From: Bacteroidota bacterium
GTDB taxonomy: Bacteria > Bacteroidota > Bacteroidia > UKL13-3
Direction: 5' to 3'
Assembly: GCA_947457395.1 (NCBI GenBank)
Contig: CANGVA010000003.1
Span: forward strand, 2,063-66,062
Length of the DNA stretch: 64,000 nucleotides
Notes under the pieces: model-generated
The model's input: only the letters and a program-made list of their open reading frames with translations
Told to the model about the DNA's origin: nothing
The model's database searches: none
Made by a program: the position numbers and the translations under genes
Part shown: piece after piece, positions 9,324 to 18,170 of the stretch
Layout: each line of letters starts with the position of its first letter
How positions within the stretch are numbered: position 1 is the stretch's first letter

Positions 9324-9767
9324 TTAGAATTTTAAAGGTTTAGGCTGTTGTGCAGCATGCGGATGCTCAGAACCTGCATATACATATAGGTTTCTGAAAA
9401 TTTCGCGACCCAGTTTATTATTTGGCAGCATACCATCTATAGCGTGCTCCACAACATATGTTGGTCTTCTTTCCAGCAAATTTTTGGCTGTTTCAAAACG
9501 CTGTCCGCCAGGATAACCTGAGTAAAACACATATTCCTTTTCATCACGCTTGTTTCCAGTAAAACGGATTTTATCTGCGTTGATGATGATGACATTGTCT
9601 CCACAATCTACATGAGGTGTAAAATCAGGCTTATGCTTGCCTCTTAAAATGTTTGCCACTTTACTGGCAAAGCGGCCTAATGTCTGGCCTTCTGCATCAA
9701 CAATAAACCACTCTTTTTTTACGGTGGCGCTGTTGGCTGAAACGGTTTTATAACTTAAAGTATCCAC
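9324..9767 (-). CDS. rplM: 50S ribosomal protein L13
   Basis: KEWFIVDAEGQTLGRFASKVANILRGKHKP. The start was moved to the in-frame GTG at 9767 (V-DTLSYKT...), which gives a canonical L13 N-terminus. The 22-aa upstream extension in the ORF track looks spurious. Confidence 0.9.
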   Translation of the reverse strand: MDTLSYKTVSANSATVKKEWFIVDAEGQTLGRFASKVANILRGKHKPDFTPHVDCGDNVIIINADKIRFTGNKRDEKEYVFYSGYPGGQRFETAKNLLERRPTYVVEHAIDGMLPNNKLGREIFRNLYVYAGSEHPHAAQQPKPLKF

Positions 9768-9925
9768 AATAGATAATATTAATTCAGTTTTATTAAAGGG
9801 GTGGCAAAAATATGGCAAGGTTTTGTAATTCACAACTAAATGTGAAAAAAAGTAAAATCAGTAGGTCATTTATCGCTTCTTCTGATTTTCAGATAGTTGT
9901 AACCCGGTGCAACGCACCGCATGCC

Positions 9926-10399
9926 TCAAAGAATTTTAACAAACCTTTTGGTACGAAAAATGCCATCAGAATTGTATACATAAACAATATAGCTGCCAAT
10001 TGTTAAATAGCTGATATTGATATCAAACGAAAACCAGGGTGCAGCGGTAATTTCCTGCTCTATCCATAATCTGCCCCAAATATCAAACACAAATAGCCTG
10101 GAAAACTTGGGTGTACTTTGCTGAATGGTAAAGGTAATACTGGATTGGGCATAGGTGGGTAAAATATCTATTTCATAGCCGGTGCATGAGCCATCGGTGT
10201 AGGTGCGCACACCGTTTCTAAGTTGCGCATCACAAATGTTCCGGTAGGTTTTGTTATCGCATCCGCAAACCGGCCTAAATTCTGTTGGGCACGGAAAGCC
10301 TGGGCTTATACTTAAAGAATCTATGCAGCCCCATTGTGCATGAGCCAATGTGGTAACCATGCACCCTATAATAGTTAAACAACGAAGAATCAGCTTCAC
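9926..10399 (-). CDS. Secreted Kazal-type protease-inhibitor-domain protein with a T9SS C-terminal sorting domain
   Basis: Signal peptide ...TLAHA|Q. Kazal signature CPTEFRPVCGCDNKTYRNICDAQLRNGVRTYTDGSC. C-terminal roughly 80 aa are beta-rich and end in GSYIVYVYNSDGIFRTKRFVKIL (T9SS CTD-like). The GTG start overlaps the pyk stop by 1 nt. Confidence 0.7.
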   Translation of the reverse strand: MKLILRCLTIIGCMVTTLAHAQWGCIDSLSISPGFPCPTEFRPVCGCDNKTYRNICDAQLRNGVRTYTDGSCTGYEIDILPTYAQSSITFTIQQSTPKFSRLFVFDIWGRLWIEQEITAAPWFSFDINISYLTIGSYIVYVYNSDGIFRTKRFVKIL

Positions 10400-11835
10400 T
10401 ATTTAATTTCAGTTATTTTTAATGCATTGGTTCTTGATCTTTCTTTAATAGGCATACTTGCCGTATTAATTACCAAATCACCCTTTTTTATAAAACCCAT
10501 TTCAAGCAGTGTATCATTAACGGTTTGAATGGAGTGATCTGTGCTATCAAAACCCTTATAATAAAATGCGCGAACCCCCCATACCAAATTAAGAGTTGAG
10601 ATTAGTCGCACGTTGCTGGTAAAAATAAATATGGTGGCACGCGGACGAAAAGATGATATTTTATAGGCAGTATAACCGGAAAAAGTCATGCTTACGATTG
10701 CTGCAGCTTTCAAATGGTCAGAAATGCGCACAGCTGTAAAACAAATTTCATCACTTAAAAATGTGGGTGATTGCTCTGATGGCCTATTGCCTTTAAAAAA
10801 GGGAGCATTGGTTTTTTCTGCTTCTGTTATTGTTTCGCGCATGTATTTAACGGCAAGCACCGGATATGCACCAACAGAGGTTTCGGCACTGAGCATTACC
10901 GCATCTGCACCATCCATCACCGCATTGGCAATATCATTTAATTCAGCACGTGTAGGAGAGGGGCTTTGAATCATGCTTTCCATCATCTGGGTTGCAATAA
11001 TTACGGGTTTGCCTTTTTCAATGCACTTCTTCACAATCATCTTCTGAATAATGGGCACTTGTGCCATAGGCATTTCTACACCTAAATCACCACGCGCTAC
11101 CATTACCCCGTCTGTTACCTCTAAAATTTCGTCAAGATTTTTAACTGCTTCAGGTTTTTCAATTTTGGCAATCACCCGTGGCTTCCATTCATACTGCTCA
11201 ATTATTTGTTTGAGCTCAATAATATCCTCTGCCTTGCGCACAAAAGAAAGCCCTATCCAATCTACTTTATGCTCTATGCCAAACAATAAATCAGCGCGGT
11301 CTTTTTCTGTTAATGCCGGAATGGATAGATTGGTTTGTGGTAGGTTAAAACCTTTTTTTGAGGAAAGTACACCACCAAAATTCACCTTACATTTTATTTC
11401 ATCCACACCATTGCTGGAGAGTACTTCCAACTGCAGCTTGCCATCATCCAATAAAATAAGTTCACCGGGTTTAACGTCTGCCGGCAACGTATTAAATTTA
11501 ACCGAAATTCTTTCCGCTGTTCCGATTTCCGGTTTTGTAGTTACTGTAATAATGGAATCAGTTATGAGGGTAACTTTTCCTTCCTTCATTTCACCCACAC
11601 GCAATTTGGGCCCCTGCAGGTCGAGCAGTTTTGCTACAAAAGTGCCCTTGCTTTCATTTACGGTATTAATATTGTCTATTACCTGTTTGTGGTCTTCATA
11701 ACTTCCATGCGAAAAGTTAAGTCTGCATACATCCACACCCTGATCTATAATGGCTGATAGGCCGTCAATAGAGGAAGTAGCAGGGCCAATGGTGGCCACA
11801 ATTTTGGTGCGGTTAAAAAACGGGGTCTGTTTCAT
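10399..11835 (-). CDS. pyk: pyruvate kinase
   Basis: TKIVATIGPATSS, NFSHGSYEDH, MVARGDLGVEMP, and full-length collinearity with the PK family. Confidence 0.95.
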   Translation of the reverse strand: MKQTPFFNRTKIVATIGPATSSIDGLSAIIDQGVDVCRLNFSHGSYEDHKQVIDNINTVNESKGTFVAKLLDLQGPKLRVGEMKEGKVTLITDSIITVTTKPEIGTAERISVKFNTLPADVKPGELILLDDGKLQLEVLSSNGVDEIKCKVNFGGVLSSKKGFNLPQTNLSIPALTEKDRADLLFGIEHKVDWIGLSFVRKAEDIIELKQIIEQYEWKPRVIAKIEKPEAVKNLDEILEVTDGVMVARGDLGVEMPMAQVPIIQKMIVKKCIEKGKPVIIATQMMESMIQSPSPTRAELNDIANAVMDGADAVMLSAETSVGAYPVLAVKYMRETITEAEKTNAPFFKGNRPSEQSPTFLSDEICFTAVRISDHLKAAAIVSMTFSGYTAYKISSFRPRATIFIFTSNVRLISTLNLVWGVRAFYYKGFDSTDHSIQTVNDTLLEMGFIKKGDLVINTASMPIKERSRTNALKITEIK

Positions 11836-11845
11836 GGATACAAAG

Positions 11846-12262
11846 TTAAAAATTCAAATATTGTCTTTGTTTTAATTGTTTGTGATGCAATGCTGATATG
11901 AGTTGAACTTCCGGTATGGATTGTATGTGGCGTGTAAAGGTAGTCTTTTCAAAGAATTCTAAACCACCTTTAATGATGATAAGATAATCGATGTTTCTTA
12001 ACTCGTGCATCAGTATCAGGGAATCATCCCTGTTTTGTAACAAATAAATAGAAAGGTGGTTTATTTCATCTTCGTAAAAATAACGGTGATGTAGCTGTTG
12101 TATTTCCTCACCGGAGTATATCGTAAGATCATCATCTGAACGAAGATTATAACCGAGATGTTTGTTGATGAGCCAAGCCATGCGGTGTGGTTTTTCCTGC
12201 GATACGATGCCGAAAAGCAGAAAATCATCGTCATATCCGGTGTCGAGAAATATTTTTTTCAC
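11846..12262 (-). CDS. Conserved Bacteroidota hypothetical protein (IPExxxVDY-family-like)
   Basis: DDFLLFGIVSQEKPHRMAWLINKHLGYNL and a C-terminal IPEVQLIS motif resemble the IPExxxVDY family, which I recall being often found next to pyk. The start was moved to the GTG at 12262 (VKKIFLD...). Assignment is from memory only. Confidence 0.5.
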   Translation of the reverse strand: MKKIFLDTGYDDDFLLFGIVSQEKPHRMAWLINKHLGYNLRSDDDLTIYSGEEIQQLHHRYFYEDEINHLSIYLLQNRDDSLILMHELRNIDYLIIIKGGLEFFEKTTFTRHIQSIPEVQLISALHHKQLKQRQYLNF

Positions 12263-12454
12263 CAGACAAAGGTTAGCATTGTATATGAATAAATAACATC
12301 TGCCACCCAAATATTTTCAAGCATACCAAGGTACCAATGTATAAAAAGAATGACACCTTTTAAGGGCTAATATTTTCAAAAAAATGAACCTTTTGTCATT
12401 TTCTTTAAAAAAATACTTTATTTGCACCCTCAAAACCTTTTAAACCAAACAACA

Positions 12455-12694
12455 ATGTCAGACATCGCAACAAGAGTAAAAGCTATCATTATGGATAAGC
12501 TTGGAGTAGAAGAAAGCGAAATCACCAACGAATCAAATTTTACCAATGATCTTGGAGCTGATTCGCTCGACACTGTTGAACTTATCATGGAATTTGAAAA
12601 AGAGTTCAACATTGCCATCCCTGATGATCAGGCTGAAAAAATCGGCACGGTAGGTCAGGCTATCTCCTACATTGAGCAGAACGTAAAAAGCTAA
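12455..12694 (+). CDS. acpP: acyl carrier protein
   Basis: [12 protein letters not shown]...[16 protein letters not shown] (phosphopantetheine Ser in DSLD). The start is the ATG at 12455, not the TTG at 12422. Confidence 0.95.
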   Translation: MSDIATRVKAIIMDKLGVEESEITNESNFTNDLGADSLDTVELIMEFEKEFNIAIPDDQAEKIGTVGQAISYIEQNVKS

Positions 12695-12729
12695 TTTTTA
12701 CCAACTCATTTAAAAAAAAAGACAGTTCA

Positions 12730-13977
12730 ATGTCACCTCGCAGAGTAGTTGTTACGGGAATTGGAGCTTTAACGCCCATTGGTAACAATTTACAGGAGTA
12801 TTGGAACGCATTGTCGAACGGAGTGAGCGGGGCAGCCCCCATCACCCGTTTTGACGCTTCCAAATTTAAAACCCGTTTTGCCTGTGAATTAAAGAATTTT
12901 GATGTCAATCAGTTTATTGACAGAAAAGAAGCCCGCAGAATGGATCCATATACCCATTATGCCATCATCACTTCAGATGAGGCTATAAAGGATTCTGGAC
13001 TTGACCTTGAAAAGGTAAACAAGGATCGCGCAGCGGTTATCTGGGCTTCCGGCATTGGAGGTTTAACCAGTTTTTTTCACGAAGTAGTTGCCTTTGGTAG
13101 GGGTGATGGAACACCTCGATTTAGCCCGTTTTTCATTCCCATGATGATTGCCGACATCGCAGCCGGACTCATCTCAATTAAATATGGTTTCAGAGGCCCC
13201 AACTTTGCAGTGGTTTCCGCCTGTGCCAGTTCAACAAATGCTATATCAGAAGCTTTTCATTATATACGCATGGGCAAGGCAGATCTGGCCATCACAGGCG
13301 GTTCTGAGGCTTGCGTAAATGAGCCTGCCATTGGTGGTTTTAATGCCATGAAAGCCCTCTCAGAAAGGAACGACAGCCCTGAGACGGCTTCAAGACCATA
13401 CGATAAGGACCGAGATGGATTTGTGTTGGGAGAAGGAGCAGGCGCACTTATACTTGAAGAATATGAGCATGCGCTAGCACGCGGAGCAAAAATTTATGCA
13501 GAGATTGTAGGTTGCGGAGCATCCGGAGATGCTTACCACATGACGGCTCCTCACCCTGAAGGTTTAGGCGCAAGAAATGTGATGCATATGGCATTGAATG
13601 ATGCCGGATTGAAACCGGAGGATGTTGATTATATCAATGTGCATGGCACATCTACACCGCTTGGCGATCCGCAGGAAATTAAAGCCATACAGCATGTGTT
13701 TGGGGAACATGCTTACCAATTAAATATTAGTTCAACCAAATCAATGACCGGCCACTTACTGGGCGGTGCAGGTGCCATTGAATCTATTGCCTGCTTGCTG
13801 GCAATTAATAAAGGTATTGTGCCTCCAACCATTAATCATTTTACGGATGATCCGGAGATTGACCCTAAGTTAAATCTTACTTTTAACAAGGCACAGAACC
13901 GTGAAGTGAATGTGGCTTTAAGCAATACGTTTGGCTTTGGCGGCCACAATGCTTCAGTTATCTTTAAAAAAGTGTAA
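12730..13977 (+). CDS. fabF: 3-oxoacyl-ACP synthase II
   Basis: Active-site Cys in VSACASSTNAI. HGTSTPLGD, GHLLGGAG, FGFGGHN. Lies directly after acpP. Confidence 0.95.
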   Translation: MSPRRVVVTGIGALTPIGNNLQEYWNALSNGVSGAAPITRFDASKFKTRFACELKNFDVNQFIDRKEARRMDPYTHYAIITSDEAIKDSGLDLEKVNKDRAAVIWASGIGGLTSFFHEVVAFGRGDGTPRFSPFFIPMMIADIAAGLISIKYGFRGPNFAVVSACASSTNAISEAFHYIRMGKADLAITGGSEACVNEPAIGGFNAMKALSERNDSPETASRPYDKDRDGFVLGEGAGALILEEYEHALARGAKIYAEIVGCGASGDAYHMTAPHPEGLGARNVMHMALNDAGLKPEDVDYINVHGTSTPLGDPQEIKAIQHVFGEHAYQLNISSTKSMTGHLLGGAGAIESIACLLAINKGIVPPTINHFTDDPEIDPKLNLTFNKAQNREVNVALSNTFGFGGHNASVIFKKV

Positions 13978-13989
13978 ACCCAATATAGT

Positions 13990-14727
13990 TTGGTTAAACG
14001 TTTACTCAACAGCGTTTTCATTATTCCTTTCTCAGGGCACAAAAAATTGTGCAACAGCATCACGCATATATCAGGTGTTGCTCCTGTTAATGTTAAATGT
14101 TATATACAGGCACTCAGGCACCATTCTGTTTCAAGTACCATTCATGAAAACGGTTCAAAGGACAGCAATGAGCGTTTAGAGTTTTTAGGTGATGCCGTTT
14201 TAAATACTGTTATAGCAGAATACCTGTTTAAAAAATATCCGTTTAAAAGCGAAGGTTTTTTAACCGAAATGCGCTCTAAAATTGTGAGCAGGGAAAGTTT
14301 AAATGAACTGGCATTAAAGTTGGGTCTGAATCATTTGGTAGTGTATGATAGAAGAGCACTGGGTATAAATAATAAGAATACCATTTTTGGTAATGCACTA
14401 GAGGCTTTTATAGGTGCTATTTTTTTAGATGCAGGCTTTTATGCTGCAAAAAAGTTTATAACACAACGGCTACTTGCACATCTTGATATTGATAAAATAC
14501 AACATACCGAAAAAAACTTTAAAGGTAAACTAATAGAGTGGGCGCAGAAAAACAGCCATTCTATTGAGTTTGAAAGCACGGAAGAAATGAGCGGCAAACA
14601 AAAAATTTATACCGTGAGTGTAGTAATAAATAAAGAAACAAAAGGATCTGCCGAGCATATTTCTAAAAAGAAAGCTGAACAGATGGCATCTGAAAAAGCA
14701 GCTGACCTGCTGGGGATTGCACTATAA
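13990..14727 (+). CDS. rnc: ribonuclease III
   Basis: RNase III signature NERLEFLGDAVLN plus a C-terminal dsRBD. TTG start as in the ORF track (uncertain). Confidence 0.9.
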   Translation: MVKRLLNSVFIIPFSGHKKLCNSITHISGVAPVNVKCYIQALRHHSVSSTIHENGSKDSNERLEFLGDAVLNTVIAEYLFKKYPFKSEGFLTEMRSKIVSRESLNELALKLGLNHLVVYDRRALGINNKNTIFGNALEAFIGAIFLDAGFYAAKKFITQRLLAHLDIDKIQHTEKNFKGKLIEWAQKNSHSIEFESTEEMSGKQKIYTVSVVINKETKGSAEHISKKKAEQMASEKAADLLGIAL

Positions 14728-14752
14728 AACACCGGCTTTAACCTGCAGTTAG

Positions 14753-16147
14753 TTATGAAGTAACCGGATTGGTTGTGCCCTCAAATTCCAGATTTAGGTT
14801 GCGTATGTTGGCAAATCCGCCATATACATTTTTAATCAGGGTAAAACCTTTTGATTTAAGAAAGGATGCCGCAATCATACTGCGATAACCACCTGCACAG
14901 TGCACCAAGTATTCCTCATTTTTATCCAGATTGCTATAGTCTTTAGTAAGCGAATCAAGCGGAAAGTTTAATGCAGTTTTCATATGCAACCCTGCAAACT
15001 CACCCGGCTTGCGCACATCCAACACTTTTACATGTGTATTCTTTACATCAAGTGCAAACTCTTCATCATCAATGCTTATTACCATATCATAGCGCTTACC
15101 GGTATCTTTCCATGTATCAAAACTTCCTTTCAAATAACCCTTGATATGCTCAAAACCCACACGCGTTAGCCTTTCTATGCTTTCTCTTTCTTTCCCTTCA
15201 TCTGCCACAATCACAAGGGGTGTTTGAATATCGAGTAGGGTAGCAGCCCAGATGGCATACTGCCCGTTTAGTCCGAAATTGAGTGCACCTGGAATAAATC
15301 CTTGTTCAAACACATCCGGTATGCGTGTATCAATTATGGTGCATCCTTCTTGCATACATTTTTCAAATGCATCAACACTAAGCGGAGTTAAGCCGGTTTT
15401 AATAATCTGTTCAATTGGGGTATAGCCTTGTTTATTTAATCGGGCATCTTTAAAAAAGTAGGCAGGGGCAGGCTGTATGCCATCTGTTACAGTTTGAATA
15501 AATGTTTCCTTGTTCATAGGTTGCAAAGCGTAGTTGCTTTGCTTTTGCTCACCAATAGTTGAGTATGTTTCTTTGCCAATATTTTTACCACAGGCACTGC
15601 CCGCTCCATGAGCCGGGTAAACGATTACTTCATCAGGCAATATCATGAGTTTGTTGCGTAAGGAATCATACATCATCCCGGCAAGTTCTTCCTTGGTCAT
15701 TACACCATCCAGTAAATCAGGTCGGCCTACATCGCCAACAAACAGTGTATCACCAGTAAAAACGCAGTGTGCTTTACCTATTTCATCAACCAATAAAAAG
15801 CAGCTTGATTCCGGGGTATGGCCGGGCGTGTGCAACACTTTTATAGTGAGTTTTCCCAATTTTATTTCTTCGCCATCCGTTGCTACGTGGACCGGGTAGG
15901 ATGTTTGCGTAGTAGGCCCGTAAATGATTTTTGCACCTGTTTTATTTGCAAGGTCTATGTGTCCGCTAACAAAGTCGGCATGAAAATGTGTTTCAAAAAT
16001 ATATTTGATATTGGCGTGATGCGATTGCGCAAGTTGCAGGTATGCATCATAATCTCTTAGCGGATCAATGATGGCGGCTTCGCCTTCCGATTCAATATAA
16101 TATGCTGCCTGTGCAAGGCAATTGGTATAAAGTTGTTGTATAAACAT
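14753..16147 (-). CDS. MBL-fold hydrolase fused to tandem rhodanese domains (persulfide dioxygenase-sulfurtransferase-like)
   Basis: Metallo-beta-lactamase motif ETHFHADFVSGH. C-terminal rhodanese active-site loop VHCAGGYRS. The start was moved to the ATG at 16147 (MFIQQLYTNCLAQAAYYI...), which removes the overlap with the upstream gene. Confidence 0.8.
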   Translation of the reverse strand: MFIQQLYTNCLAQAAYYIESEGEAAIIDPLRDYDAYLQLAQSHHANIKYIFETHFHADFVSGHIDLANKTGAKIIYGPTTQTSYPVHVATDGEEIKLGKLTIKVLHTPGHTPESSCFLLVDEIGKAHCVFTGDTLFVGDVGRPDLLDGVMTKEELAGMMYDSLRNKLMILPDEVIVYPAHGAGSACGKNIGKETYSTIGEQKQSNYALQPMNKETFIQTVTDGIQPAPAYFFKDARLNKQGYTPIEQIIKTGLTPLSVDAFEKCMQEGCTIIDTRIPDVFEQGFIPGALNFGLNGQYAIWAATLLDIQTPLVIVADEGKERESIERLTRVGFEHIKGYLKGSFDTWKDTGKRYDMVISIDDEEFALDVKNTHVKVLDVRKPGEFAGLHMKTALNFPLDSLTKDYSNLDKNEEYLVHCAGGYRSMIAASFLKSKGFTLIKNVYGGFANIRNLNLEFEGTTNPVTS

Positions 16148-16202
16148 GGCTATTAACGTTAGAATGCAAATATACAAACGAGCTGAATAGTATGAACACA
16201 GT

Positions 16203-17534
16203 TTACTCCAGGCTAACTGTTTCGTCCCCATTGGCATATGGTAAATACAACAATACCAGCCTCATCATCTCGCTTTCTTCATTCATGCCCCACTCAAATA
16301 AAATATCTTTAGGCGGTGAAAACGGATTTTCAGGATTCTTGGATGAGTTATCATACTCAGCTTCGGCATGTAACACCGAACCTGCAGATATCTTAATTAG
16401 GGTTCTGAAACGGTAAAATTCTTGCCAGTTATGATCCCACTCAGGTATGTGAATGAGTTTAATCGTATCCTGTGCTGGGGTAACGGCATATGCGAGGAAA
16501 TTTTTACCCAACTGATGCATGTGTGGATTGATTGCCAAAAGGGATACATCATTATGAAATCTGACGTTTATATGTGATTTGAATTGACTATCGTTGGCAT
16601 GTATAAGCCACTGTCCATCCGGTGTCGGATTTTTAGGTTTAAATGCTGCAAATCCGATTTTGCGATCCGGTACTGATGAGGCAAAGTACAGGTAAAATGA
16701 AGATTGGTCTTGTTGCGCTACCGGTGTAGGTGAATAGTGAAAGTTTCTAATCAGTATCACTCCTTTTTTAGGCAGGTAAAACCCCATTTTTTCAGGATAT
16801 ACCTGAGCCGATGTTCCCGGCAACCATCCATTGTGATACAACTCAATAGGCATTTGATTGCCTTCGCCAATAAGATTGAAATACGCATAGTCGTGATCAT
16901 CTCTTACACGATTTAATGTATCTGCATCGTATACAAAATAATCAGGACCTCCATACATATTCACATCCGGTGCTACAGCTATAATCTGATAGCTGGCATG
17001 GTGCACCACTGCTTTATTGCCTGGTATAAACTCAATTCCGCTTACAAAAGTATCTTGGTCTATTTCATAAGGAATTTTATAGCAGATATAAGTATTTTTA
17101 TTGTTACCAGGTACAGTAAATGGTTTAGGCATACGCACTATTAGGTCTGGTTTTCTAAGCACTTGTGAGCCTTGGGCAAAAATAGTAGGTTGAATAAGTT
17201 GCACATTCATGCCCGGCATATCTGCTTCCAACCATTTTAGCAGCAGTTCTTTTTCGTGCTTATTTAATGCTTTGCTATTGGAAAAAGAGCGGTAATGCTC
17301 ATCGGCTTTCCAGGGGGGCATGATGTTTTGTTGAATAACATAGGAGATAAATTTTTTCCGTTTCAACCAGTCGTCTTTTTTTTCGAGGCCAAACGGAGCA
17401 TATCCATTTGTGCGGTGACAGGAGAGGCATTTTTGTTCAACGATTTGTTTTATTTCCCGATACTCTTCAGGTTGGGCATGAAGAAAGCCGGAGGCGAAAA
17501 GTAGGATAAAACAGAGGAGTTTGTATATACTCAT
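16203..17534 (-). CDS. Secreted cytochrome c domain fused to a copper type II (PHM/DBH-like) monooxygenase-like two-domain protein
   Basis: Signal peptide ...FLHA|Q. Haem c site CLSCH. PHM/DBH-like copper ligand pattern VVHHASY, NPHMHQLG and SEMMRLVLLYLP (compare HH...H, HxH...M and the DEMC..YYP region). The start overlaps the Rieske stop as ATGA. Confidence 0.6.
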   Translation of the reverse strand: MSIYKLLCFILLFASGFLHAQPEEYREIKQIVEQKCLSCHRTNGYAPFGLEKKDDWLKRKKFISYVIQQNIMPPWKADEHYRSFSNSKALNKHEKELLLKWLEADMPGMNVQLIQPTIFAQGSQVLRKPDLIVRMPKPFTVPGNNKNTYICYKIPYEIDQDTFVSGIEFIPGNKAVVHHASYQIIAVAPDVNMYGGPDYFVYDADTLNRVRDDHDYAYFNLIGEGNQMPIELYHNGWLPGTSAQVYPEKMGFYLPKKGVILIRNFHYSPTPVAQQDQSSFYLYFASSVPDRKIGFAAFKPKNPTPDGQWLIHANDSQFKSHINVRFHNDVSLLAINPHMHQLGKNFLAYAVTPAQDTIKLIHIPEWDHNWQEFYRFRTLIKISAGSVLHAEAEYDNSSKNPENPFSPPKDILFEWGMNEESEMMRLVLLYLPYANGDETVSLE

Positions 17535-18169
17535 ATAATTATGCTAATTACCCGATGATTGAGATAATGCACAACTGTATAGGTTGTAAGCGGCTTTTCT
17601 GCAGGGCCTTTTTGCACTTCTCCTAAGGTAGTGAACTCCGAACCGTGGCAGTTGCAAAACAAACCTGTGCGATTGGCAACAGCTATGGCACAACCATTGT
17701 GTGTGCATTTCATGGATAGGGCTCTGAAATTGTTTGCACCATCTTTGTAAAGAGCAATTTGCTCAGATACAGTATTGATAATAGCAGGCATACCCTGATC
17801 TAGTAAGGCTACGTAAGGTGTTAGCGAAACTTTTATACCTGTTATTTTTTTGATTAAACCTGACATCTTTTTCTTCCCGTTTATGAATACCTCAACGGGA
17901 GTATCTGCAGTTACTTCAGGTATAATTAGTTGTGCGGTTCCAGTTCCCTCTGCACGTGCAATAAGACTAGTGGAATTGCTATCGAAAAGCTGAACGGAAA
18001 AATTGCTTTGCTCATTTATGGTTACCAGGTTTACACAACCGCCAATAAAGAAATCACCAGCTTTTGGAAAAAGTATTCCCGGGCTGTTCTCCTCGTCTTC
18101 TTGCTTTTGGCATGCACTAAGGATTACTAAACTTCCTGTCAACAATCGGATAAATTCACCTCTGTTCAT
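17531..18169 (-). CDS. Rieske [2Fe-2S] domain protein, probable exported lipoprotein
   Basis: Rieske ligands CTHNGC...CNCHGSEF. N-terminus MNRGEFIRLLTGSLVILSAC is Tat-like with a lipobox. The start was moved to the ATG at 18169, 1 nt after the upstream stop. Confidence 0.75.
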   Translation of the reverse strand: MNRGEFIRLLTGSLVILSACQKQEDEENSPGILFPKAGDFFIGGCVNLVTINEQSNFSVQLFDSNSTSLIARAEGTGTAQLIIPEVTADTPVEVFINGKKKMSGLIKKITGIKVSLTPYVALLDQGMPAIINTVSEQIALYKDGANNFRALSMKCTHNGCAIAVANRTGLFCNCHGSEFTTLGEVQKGPAEKPLTTYTVVHYLNHRVISIII

Positions 18170-18170
18170 T

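Noticed and set aside
16148-16237. Apparent 35-nt overlap between the MBL-rhodanese gene and the upstream copper monooxygenase-like gene
   Set aside because: The overlap disappears when the MBL gene starts at the ATG at 16147 (MFIQQLYTNC...), which matches the usual N-terminus of this family. The extension (MPMGTKQLAWSKLCSYYS...) has no signal or domain character.
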